64,000 nucleotides of DNA from positions 9,365 to 73,364 of the IMG/VR virus record IMGVR_UViG_3300028536_000015; one strand, 5' to 3'. A program made the position numbers and the translations under genes. Below the pieces are notes generated by a model. The model did not search any database. It was not told the DNA's origin and saw nothing but the letters and a program-made list of their open reading frames with translations. Below are positions 45,465 to 53,144 of the stretch, piece by piece; position 1 is the first letter of the stretch; the number at the start of each line of letters is the position of its first letter. This DNA is from a virus.

Positions 45465-45790
45465 CCGACAACCGACCGACATCCGAGCGTTATCACGAAG
45501 CAGCCACAACATGGGTCGAGGCTGATGCTGCCGCGTCTCTTCTAGAGGAAACGCGGAGCGCGGTATTATCCGATATGGTCACGGAGATGCTATCCAAGAA
45601 CATCAGTATGGCGGTTAACCGCGCTGAGGCCTTAGTTAAGTCATCTTCCAGGTGGAGAGCATTCGTCACCGAAATGGTCGAACTAAGACGCAAAGCCAAT
45701 ATGGCCAAGATTACCACGGAATATATTCGCATGCGGCATTCAGAAGAGATGTCGCAAGAAGCAACACATAGAGCGGCGAGCAGAATATGA
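45461..45790 (+). CDS. Conserved phage recombination-module protein
   Basis: Helical ORF, coupled. Confidence 0.6.
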   Translation: MTDNRPTSERYHEAATTWVEADAAASLLEETRSAVLSDMVTEMLSKNISMAVNRAEALVKSSSRWRAFVTEMVELRRKANMAKITTEYIRMRHSEEMSQEATHRAASRI

Positions 45791-46098
45791 GTGATATCAT
45801 GAAACTTCTAGATGAAATTAGCGACCGTGAGCGCGAGATCAATGATTATGCCAAAGAGCATCGCCTGAAAATCGTCTCCGATCTTATCCAGTACGCATGC
45901 GCGCCATATGGCGGAAGTGCTGAAGGGGGCCTTGATATTGACGGCCTGATTAAGGATGCCGTCAAGCTTTCTCGGTTCGTTGAGCGCGGAGAAGCCAAAA
46001 CCACTCATGCGCCCGAGATCACGATGAGGCCTTCTGGTAAAAAGCCCAAAGCAAAGCGTCCCTATGTCAAGCGGAGCAAGTTTTGGAAGAAGAAGTAG
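45787..46098 (+). CDS. Hypothetical protein
   Basis: Coupled ORF. Confidence 0.55.
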   Translation: MSDIMKLLDEISDREREINDYAKEHRLKIVSDLIQYACAPYGGSAEGGLDIDGLIKDAVKLSRFVERGEAKTTHAPEITMRPSGKKPKAKRPYVKRSKFWKKK

Positions 46099-46283
46099 AC
46101 TATCTCAAGATAAAACTAACGGAGACTCAAAAGAAGGTCCTCCTGGCTTTGTATGGAGACTCTGATCATCATCCATGTCTTAAGGTGTCAGAGATCGCGA
46201 AAAGAACCGATCTCTCGTTTGATGAAGTCCTCAAGGCTATTGGATTTCTGGAGCATGTTGGTTTTGCGGCTCAAAAAGATTGA
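46083..46283 (+). CDS. Small winged-HTH-like protein
   Basis: LTETQKKVL...VSEIAKRT.LS...V..AI..LE..G. Confidence 0.5.
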   Translation: MEEEVDYLKIKLTETQKKVLLALYGDSDHHPCLKVSEIAKRTDLSFDEVLKAIGFLEHVGFAAQKD

Positions 46284-46645
46284 TGCGTAAGGAATTCTCA
46301 CGTCGAGTAAAGTTCCAAGCGTTCAAGCGATGCTGCAATGACAAGGGCGTGCCATATTGCGAGATATGCGGCATTCCCTTGTCCGCAGGTAACCTGACTT
46401 ACGATCATCGGGTACCTGACGGTCTTGGCGGCGACCCAACGTTAGAGAATTGCCAAGTAATCTGTATCAAGATTTGCCACAGAAAGAAAACCCACGAAGA
46501 AGATAACCTTGTCATGAAAAAAGCAGATAGGGTCCTAAAGAAGACGTTTGGTATCTCTACCCGTAAAGGGCGCCCCATTCCGGGCTCCAAGGCTAGCGGC
46601 TTCAAGAGGAAGTTCGACGGAACAGTCGTGAAGAGGGAAAGATGA
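46283..46645 (+). CDS. Zinc-binding HNH endonuclease
   Basis: CEICG, DHRVP..LGG...LENC..IC..CH.KKT. Confidence 0.85.
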   Translation: MRKEFSRRVKFQAFKRCCNDKGVPYCEICGIPLSAGNLTYDHRVPDGLGGDPTLENCQVICIKICHRKKTHEEDNLVMKKADRVLKKTFGISTRKGRPIPGSKASGFKRKFDGTVVKRER

Positions 46646-46902
46646 CAGAGGAAGATATCAAGAAGTTTGTCGCGGAGCGCGATGAGGTGCTGCTCTCTGG
46701 CGATCTGGAGCGCGTTCTAGCTTTCCACAAGAAGCATAACCCAAGCCTTATTGCGGTCGCTCAACCAGATAATATGGTCTTGGAGGCGTCCATGCATAAG
46801 GCTAGGACCGCAGCCAAGAGCTTGCCGATTGAGGCACGCAAAGTATCCAAGGCGTGGCTTCTGGAGCATGGCTTCACGTCGCTGGATGATGGTGATCTAT
46901 GA
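46642..46902 (+). CDS. Hypothetical protein
   Basis: Coupled ORF. Confidence 0.6.
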   Translation: MTEEDIKKFVAERDEVLLSGDLERVLAFHKKHNPSLIAVAQPDNMVLEASMHKARTAAKSLPIEARKVSKAWLLEHGFTSLDDGDL

Positions 46903-47573
46903 GAAGTCTTGTTCCGGTAACCCCACGCGAGAGATGGGTTCATTACAGCAGCCGTCCTGATCAGATCGTGTTCTATGATACTGATTATTCGAAGGCCAAG
47001 GGTGAGCATGGGCATTTCAAACCTATTGGCCTATGGATAACGCCTTATAGCCAAGAGGATAATTGGTTCGAATGGTCTATGGGGGAAGAGTTTCGGATCA
47101 GTGAGCTGAACTACGTTCATGACGTAGAGCTTGCCGCTTGTGCTAATATCCTAAGGATAGCTAGCGTAGAGGGCTTGGATGCGTTCTCTCAGGAGTATGC
47201 GATAGACCTGTTCTCTAATAATCAAAAAGCTATAAGCCCCACTACGGGCGAGCGGCTAGAGAGTTGGATGTACTGCGATTGGCCGCGTCTGGCCCAGAGT
47301 TACGATGGGATCATGATCAGTCCGTATCAGAAGTCTCGCAGGCTAATGACCCATAATGGGAGCAGGACGGATTGGTACTATTCGTGGGACTGTGCTTCCG
47401 GGTGCATATGGAACGCAAGGGCGATCGAGAGTATTAATCTGCGCTCTACTGTCTCTGCGGGCTATGTTGAGAAACCAAGACGTAGTATAACGGAGATGAT
47501 GAGTGAACTTAAATCTGCCGTGGATGAGATCGCTGATGTCACCAATCCATCACAAGTACGTACAGCACCTTAG
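46899..47573 (+). CDS. Conserved hypothetical viral protein
   Basis: KPIGLW, DWPRLAQSYDGI, WYYSWDCASGCIWN motifs. Confidence 0.65.
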   Translation: MRSLVPVTPRERWVHYSSRPDQIVFYDTDYSKAKGEHGHFKPIGLWITPYSQEDNWFEWSMGEEFRISELNYVHDVELAACANILRIASVEGLDAFSQEYAIDLFSNNQKAISPTTGERLESWMYCDWPRLAQSYDGIMISPYQKSRRLMTHNGSRTDWYYSWDCASGCIWNARAIESINLRSTVSAGYVEKPRRSITEMMSELKSAVDEIADVTNPSQVRTAP

Positions 47574-47670
47574 CTGTATTATGCTTGTCGTAGATGTGCG
47601 GTATGATCGCCACCATAGGCATCATGATCGACACTACGAAATCTTTCTAACCCCAAACAGGAGAAGCAAA

Positions 47671-47988
47671 TTGGCAAATGTAACTGTAAGTGTAGGCCAC
47701 ACCGTTGACTTCGCTCTGGTGTTCCTTGACCAGAACGGCAACCCGATGCTCGTAACCCCAACCCCGGACACCCCGCCGACCTGGACCGATACCACGCCTG
47801 CTACCGGCACTCTGACGCCGGCTGCGAGCGGCCTGACTGCTCAGGAAAGCGCTCTTGCTGTGGGAACGGACACTGTAAGTGTCACGCTCACGGTGGGAGG
47901 CGTTTCGTTTTCCGCCTCGATCGACCTGACCGTACAGGCAGCGCCACAAGTGCTGACCAGTGTACAGATCACAGGTACCGCTAATTAA
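47671..47988 (+). CDS. Ig-like beta-rich protein
   Basis: TTG start after AGGAG; DQNGNPM...W...G.D.VSVT; Thr/Val-rich. Confidence 0.6.
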   Translation: MANVTVSVGHTVDFALVFLDQNGNPMLVTPTPDTPPTWTDTTPATGTLTPAASGLTAQESALAVGTDTVSVTLTVGGVSFSASIDLTVQAAPQVLTSVQITGTAN

Positions 47989-48021
47989 TGGGAAGGTCGA
48001 GGGTCTAAACCTGAAGCGTCC

Positions 48022-48062
48022 AAATATGCAGGGAGCTTCAAAAACTTCCTGCATATTTTTTA
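48022..48062 (+). terminator. Intrinsic terminator between convergent genes
   Basis: AAATATGCAGGGAG/CTTCCTGCATATTT stem plus T run. Confidence 0.65.
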
Positions 48063-48547
48063 TGATGATATGAGACAACTTGATTAGGGTTCACGATCAC
48101 ATAGCCAGAGATATGTCTTTCGTGCACCAGGGTTCTATGCCCATAATTTGAGTCGTGGACCAGCCAGACATCCCCGCCCCGATGTTCCATCAGCACCATC
48201 ACATGATGCCTCCTGGCTGCGGCCATGCCCGGTGAGGCTATGGCCCTGGGGAACCTGTCGATCCACTCAGCAGCGCGGTTCAGGGGCTCTATGATACGCC
48301 CAAACAGATACAGAGAGGCTCCGCAGCCACAGAACGCATGGGGGCATCCCTCTGGGCGTCCACCGATGACCGTTCCAGCGTCGTAGCTGGCAGTAGCATA
48401 GTGTCTATGATGCCGGGAATGGTGGTGAGCATGATGAACGCCATGGCGAGCGCCATGGTGGCGCTGATGATGATGCCTAGCCTCTGCGGGAGAGATAGAG
48501 AGAGTAAAAGCGATGATCGAGAGTAGGATACATACTGTTCTAGCCAC
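48038..48547 (-). CDS. Secreted His-rich protein with CHAP-like Cys/His domain
   Basis: Signal peptide ending AEA, His-rich linker, FCGC...HHV...DSN. Confidence 0.55.
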   Translation of the reverse strand: MARTVCILLSIIAFTLSISPAEARHHHQRHHGARHGVHHAHHHSRHHRHYATASYDAGTVIGGRPEGCPHAFCGCGASLYLFGRIIEPLNRAAEWIDRFPRAIASPGMAAARRHHVMVLMEHRGGDVWLVHDSNYGHRTLVHERHISGYVIVNPNQVVSYHHKKYAGSF

Positions 48548-48888
48548 TACGGATATTCCCCATCTATTCCCGGTTTTCTCTCCCCCGGCCTTTTGGTAAT
48601 CCAGCCGTTTCCCCTGCGCAAATCCTCTACTATTCGATGTAGAAGGATATAATTATCGCTTAGCGAGTCTAGTTTAGTGGTCTGGATCGCTTGCAGGACG
48701 ATGATCTCGGATAGCTTTTTGATCTCTGCCTGCATGCCAGCAATGTCCTTGGCTTGGTTCAAAAGAGATAGCTCGACCCGCGAGGTTGATCGGCCTACCG
48801 TAAACAAACCTATGCCGACGCTACCAACAATAGCGATGATCTCGCCAACCTTTAGTGCAACATCCAACGTACTGGCGCTGGCGTCCAT
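48547..48888 (-). CDS. Membrane protein in the lysis module
   Basis: One hydrophobic segment plus coiled coil. Confidence 0.55.
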   Translation of the reverse strand: MDASASTLDVALKVGEIIAIVGSVGIGLFTVGRSTSRVELSLLNQAKDIAGMQAEIKKLSEIIVLQAIQTTKLDSLSDNYILLHRIVEDLRRGNGWITKRPGERKPGIDGEYP

Positions 48889-48898
48889 CGCTTACCTC

Positions 48899-49105
48899 TT
48901 AAGTCTTAGGGCAGTTGTCTACATAGAACTGTTCGTTCTCAAGCAGGCGTCTTTTTACGCCAATAGGGGCAATGATCTTTGAGTCCCCTTTTTCAACGAT
49001 TACCTTGTTGTAAATCAGACAGAAGGAATCGATCTCATCCTGAGTGCAGCTACTTTGGCTCAAGGCCAGTAAGCTGAGCATCAACAGCATCAGAAGTGAG
49101 CGCAT
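48899..49105 (-). CDS. Putative outer-membrane spanin (lipoprotein)
   Basis: Hydrophobic leader followed by Cys; overlaps the upstream gene. Confidence 0.6.
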   Translation of the reverse strand: MRSLLMLLMLSLLALSQSSCTQDEIDSFCLIYNKVIVEKGDSKIIAPIGVKRRLLENEQFYVDNCPKT

Positions 49106-49277
49106 TGATTTGGTCCTTCAGGGTCTTCATCGTGGCGGTCTTTGTTAGAATAGATGCGGAGACCTTGGCGATCTCCGCATCCGTCCCAGCCTGGAATGAT
49201 TTTGCATCATGAGCTTCACTCATGAGATTATTCACGAGCTTCAGAACCAACAAAATAATCTCAGGCCAAGTAAACAA
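49050..49277 (-). CDS. Putative inner-membrane spanin
   Basis: TTG start, N-terminal hydrophobic segment, helical tail. Confidence 0.5.
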   Translation of the reverse strand: MFTWPEIILLVLKLVNNLMSEAHDAKSFQAGTDAEIAKVSASILTKTATMKTLKDQINALTSDAVDAQLTGLEPK

Positions 49278-49278
49278 A

Positions 49279-49449
49279 TCACGAGTCCTTCGGGAGGTTA
49301 GGAACCAAGAAAACAAGGATAGGCGTAAGAACACCAACGATGCCATTGACCATGGACTCTGAGAGACCGAAGTGAAGGCCAAACAAGTTGGCAAGCGTTA
49401 CCCCGCCCATGATGACACCGACGATGGCTTTGTCGAACGTCGTATACAT
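49279..49449 (-). CDS. Putative holin
   Basis: 56 aa with two hydrophobic segments and VPN end; follows the endolysin. Confidence 0.6.
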   Translation of the reverse strand: MYTTFDKAIVGVIMGGVTLANLFGLHFGLSESMVNGIVGVLTPILVFLVPNLPKDS

Positions 49450-49450
49450 T

Positions 49451-50122
49451 TTATGTTCTCCTGAAGATTGACGATAGAGAAGACATGATACTTGCGAATA
49501 ACGAAGGGGGAGGCTGTACTTTTTGTACGAGAGGCGATGCGGGAGGTTTTGCCCCATTAGACAAGACTGAAGGGTCGATCGACTTCATGGCCAACAGTAA
49601 CCCGGCGCACCCCAATTGTCTATCGACAACATCGGGGTCGAATACCCCATCCCTGATATATTTGCCGCTGGTATATTGGTTGGTGCCAGACCAGACGTAA
49701 GGAGAAGCGATTCCTCTGTTCGCGTAACCGAGCCCATTGTACTCTTCCAGCATTGTTAGAGTGCCGCCAATGCTCCAATCCTTGTTTCTGGCAGCAAATG
49801 GAGCGCAATTGACCAAGGCATCTACGGCGGCTTCTTCCCATGAGCTAAATGGCCCGCGACCGGCAGGAACATGAACCGATACTTCATTCCAGGGATCGCC
49901 TTGAGCAAGAGAGCTATGCCAGTTCTGACTGGCCTCTCGTTCGTGCACCACAGCGATAAACCACCAGGGGACGCCAGTCTGGACAGATACTTGCTGGTAA
50001 CTAGCTTTGGCGCTGATTAGGCGACGCGCGACATCAAGAAACTGCGTGCCGTGATCGGGGTTGATCCTGGCTTTCAGCCATCTTGCCGTATTGAGGCTTT
50101 TGAGCTTACTGAGATCAGCCAT
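49451..50122 (-). CDS. Endolysin (lysozyme-family protein)
   Basis: VPWWFIAVVHEREAS, GDP, VPAGRGPF, EEYNGLGY, SPYVWSGT, QLGCA. Confidence 0.85.
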   Translation of the reverse strand: MADLSKLKSLNTARWLKARINPDHGTQFLDVARRLISAKASYQQVSVQTGVPWWFIAVVHEREASQNWHSSLAQGDPWNEVSVHVPAGRGPFSSWEEAAVDALVNCAPFAARNKDWSIGGTLTMLEEYNGLGYANRGIASPYVWSGTNQYTSGKYIRDGVFDPDVVDRQLGCAGLLLAMKSIDPSVLSNGAKPPASPLVQKVQPPPSLFASIMSSLSSIFRRT

Positions 50123-50123
50123 G

Positions 50124-51089
50124 TCAAGCGGCGCGAATCATGGTTATTCCCCCTGCATATCCTGGTATCGGACTAGCAACAATGGCCTGAGAACCATTTG
50201 TATACGTGAGTGAATTAACCCCAGAAGCAAAGAATGATTGACCCCATACGTTATTAATGGCGGCAAGAATATTGCCGCTACCACCAGGATTGCCGATGTT
50301 AAAGTTTGAGTTAAATGTATTGCCGGAATTACTAACAGGAGCAAAAATAGAACTGCTCCCATTAGGAAAAACCGTAACAGTCCCGGTCGCGGTAAGAGAG
50401 GGTATCTGGCTTGATCCAAGATTAATACCGTTACTACCGCCTGAAGCAAACAACGTATTTCCGTCAATGCCAGCGCCAGCAGTTGTAAGATTGCTGGTTC
50501 CCTGATTTAGGGCAAATCTGGATTTTCCCCGAGTATCAGGAAGGGTATTGCCTCCAAGCAAATTAGCAAGAATCGGATATGTCGCAGAACTAAAGGTGGC
50601 TCCAGTACAATTGAGATATGGGGCTTTAGTACATGCACCGATCCATGAAGGAACTTGAGTTCCAGCATAGTCCCAATACTGACCTATGTTGCCCAGATTA
50701 CGGAAGTTTACGGTGGTTCCATCATAGAAAACATCTTGTGTTCCTGGAGGAAGTCCAATGCCTTGGCCGGATGCGCCGGTAGAAATAAGAACGGCACAAA
50801 AGCTTGAAGGAGAATTGAGTAACTGATTGTCCACCGTCCAGAATTTATAGATACTAGGGAGAAATATCTGAACAATTCCAAGAAGCGTACCCGTCAATCG
50901 AATGACGGAGTTTTGTGCTTGTGATGCAGTTAGAGTAACTGGGGTGCTGCTCAGCGCCAAGGTTGTTACGCTGCCAAAGGCCTGATCGATAATCCCCGTA
51001 TTTCCATTGACGGGGATGTCCCATACGCCCGTATCAGTACCTCTGATAGGCTGAGCAAGGACTAGGTTTGGGGTCGTCGGATCGGGCAT
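50124..51089 (-). CDS. Tail fiber protein with collar domain
   Basis: YLNCTGATFSSATYPILA...LPDTRG collar motif. Confidence 0.8.
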   Translation of the reverse strand: MPDPTTPNLVLAQPIRGTDTGVWDIPVNGNTGIIDQAFGSVTTLALSSTPVTLTASQAQNSVIRLTGTLLGIVQIFLPSIYKFWTVDNQLLNSPSSFCAVLISTGASGQGIGLPPGTQDVFYDGTTVNFRNLGNIGQYWDYAGTQVPSWIGACTKAPYLNCTGATFSSATYPILANLLGGNTLPDTRGKSRFALNQGTSNLTTAGAGIDGNTLFASGGSNGINLGSSQIPSLTATGTVTVFPNGSSSIFAPVSNSGNTFNSNFNIGNPGGSGNILAAINNVWGQSFFASGVNSLTYTNGSQAIVASPIPGYAGGITMIRAA

Positions 51090-53144
51090 CTATTTACTCC
51101 ACAGCGGAGTGGCGGAAGTGAACGCGCTCACCATCTTGTCTTTATCAAGTCCTGTGGAATTTGAAAGAGAGATGGCGAAGTTACGGGCTGCCGTCTCGAC
51201 GGCCCTGGGGACCTTGCCGGCGGTCCAGAGCGCGGGGTTATGGATGTATCGCTCCATGGCACGCGAAAAGGCCGTTGCCGATCTGGCCGTTGCAGGACGC
51301 GCCAGAATAGAAGCCAATATGGCTCCCGTTCCAAGCTCCCCTGCCGTATTCAAGTAATTACCTTCTTTGTAATCATTATAGAGACCCAAAGCCGCGCCAG
51401 CCCCCATCAGATAGGGTCCTGTGCGGGAAGTGTTTCGGAACTGATTTACGTTAGTCACAGCTCTTCCCAGGTTCAGGATCGCATCATAGGCATCGCGTCT
51501 TGGATTGCCGGCTACGCCAAACATGGCATCGCGACCCGCATTGGACATCTTACCATCCGCCGAAAGAAGCCGCTGAATACTAAAGTCACCCGCATCATTG
51601 GCGCCCATGCGACCTAAAACAGACCCCTGAATTCTCTCCCAGTCGGCGGGACGCATGGTATTTCTCAGTGCCGCGATAGCACCCACGTTGGGTCTGGGAG
51701 AGTTGATATTTCTGAATATCGTATCTGCCGCAGAGGTATCGCCAGTACCCTTACCGATCGCCGTCGTGATCTGATCGGAGATGTCTTTCCCAATAGAATG
51801 CTGAGCATTAGCCCGCTGCCAGAGGCTCACAGCCCGCTGGCCGCCCTGAGCCCTGACGATGTCCTCCATGTCTTTGGTGATCGCAGAAATAGTCCCGACA
51901 TAATCCGCGTATTGCGTGTCAGCTTTGCCCTGCATGCTTCTCCACTTTGTATAAAGATTGGTACGCAGGTCTTTGAGGGCTGGGTAACTTAGACCTCCGG
52001 CATGGTTAACCGCTTCCATGGCTTGTGTCAGGATAGGTCCTGGGTTCCCGCCATACTGACCTAGGCGGTTCATCTGATTGGCCGTTTCCTGCCATAGCGC
52101 CATAGGGATTTGCTGGGCATGCGGGTTCGGCAGCGCATTGGTAACGGCATTATAGTTTTGCTCGGATATTCGCTTGCTAGCCGTCGTGAAGTCGTTCTTA
52201 GCTTGATTGGCGGCTTGCGAAGCCGAAGTCCTTAATTCGGTAGGCGTTCCAGGACCTACAAATCGATCCCGGATACCCCTGATGCCTTCAATCGCGCGTT
52301 CGCCTGCCGCGTGAAGGCTGGTTCCTACTCCAGGAAGGTGGCTCAGGTTCTCGCCCGCTGCCTGCAAAATCGGACTATCGGTCACCATGTAATGCGGTAA
52401 CTGGACTCCATAACGATTGGCGGCGTCAATAATAGCCTGTCTGGCAGCAGTAGCCACACGAGGGCCGAACGCAGCATTCGTGGGGGCACCCAGAGTAGCG
52501 CCAAAGGCAGCGCCTTCCCCTGCGCTCTTGGGAATATCAGACGCCTCAGGAGCCTCGCCAGCGCCACGGAGAGCCCCTTGAAGTGCGCCCATGCCAGCGC
52601 CTCTTAACGCCCGCGCTCCCATCGTCGCGCCACGGAAAGCTGAACCTCCAGGTATCGCCATAGAACCCGCAATATCAGAGCCTGTAGCAATCGCAGGATG
52701 TTGGGCAGCGGACTCTTCCAGAGCTTTTCGGTGCTCATCTCGCGCCTTTGTGTACGCTTCGGACGCGTCTTTATCTCCACTGATAAGCTTCTGGTAGCCC
52801 ATTCGTGCCAAGCCACGAATGGCTTGCTCTGGCAAAATGGGCATCCACTCCGGAGAACCTTCCGCTATGCCGGAAGCCGCCTTAAGACCTGCCATCTCAT
52901 CGCTGAAGCCAGAAGTCAGCCCATGAACACCATGGAGCGCAGCGGACTCTAATGAGCCGTATTCTTTTGTGGGAGGCGTCTTATTAATGGGCTCATCCAG
53001 AGAACCAAAGAATGCTGCCGGACCAACCTTAGAGGGCGGCGGTTCACCCTGATAAACGTCAATGCGGCCACCTCCACTAGGAGGGGCAGGCGTCGCATCA
53101 TTGCTATCTAGAGAGTTAAAGAAATCTCCGGGGCCAGCCATCAC
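51090..53144 (-). CDS. Putative internal virion/ejection protein
   Basis: Ala/Gly-rich helical 684 aa; GLTSGFSDE motif; position in the tail module. Confidence 0.65.
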   Translation of the reverse strand: MMAGPGDFFNSLDSNDATPAPPSGGGRIDVYQGEPPPSKVGPAAFFGSLDEPINKTPPTKEYGSLESAALHGVHGLTSGFSDEMAGLKAASGIAEGSPEWMPILPEQAIRGLARMGYQKLISGDKDASEAYTKARDEHRKALEESAAQHPAIATGSDIAGSMAIPGGSAFRGATMGARALRGAGMGALQGALRGAGEAPEASDIPKSAGEGAAFGATLGAPTNAAFGPRVATAARQAIIDAANRYGVQLPHYMVTDSPILQAAGENLSHLPGVGTSLHAAGERAIEGIRGIRDRFVGPGTPTELRTSASQAANQAKNDFTTASKRISEQNYNAVTNALPNPHAQQIPMALWQETANQMNRLGQYGGNPGPILTQAMEAVNHAGGLSYPALKDLRTNLYTKWRSMQGKADTQYADYVGTISAITKDMEDIVRAQGGQRAVSLWQRANAQHSIGKDISDQITTAIGKGTGDTSAADTIFRNINSPRPNVGAIAALRNTMRPADWERIQGSVLGRMGANDAGDFSIQRLLSADGKMSNAGRDAMFGVAGNPRRDAYDAILNLGRAVTNVNQFRNTSRTGPYLMGAGAALGLYNDYKEGNYLNTAGELGTGAILASILARPATARSATAFSRAMERYIHNPALWTAGKVPRAVETAARNFAISLSNSTGLDKDKMVSAFTSATPLWSK

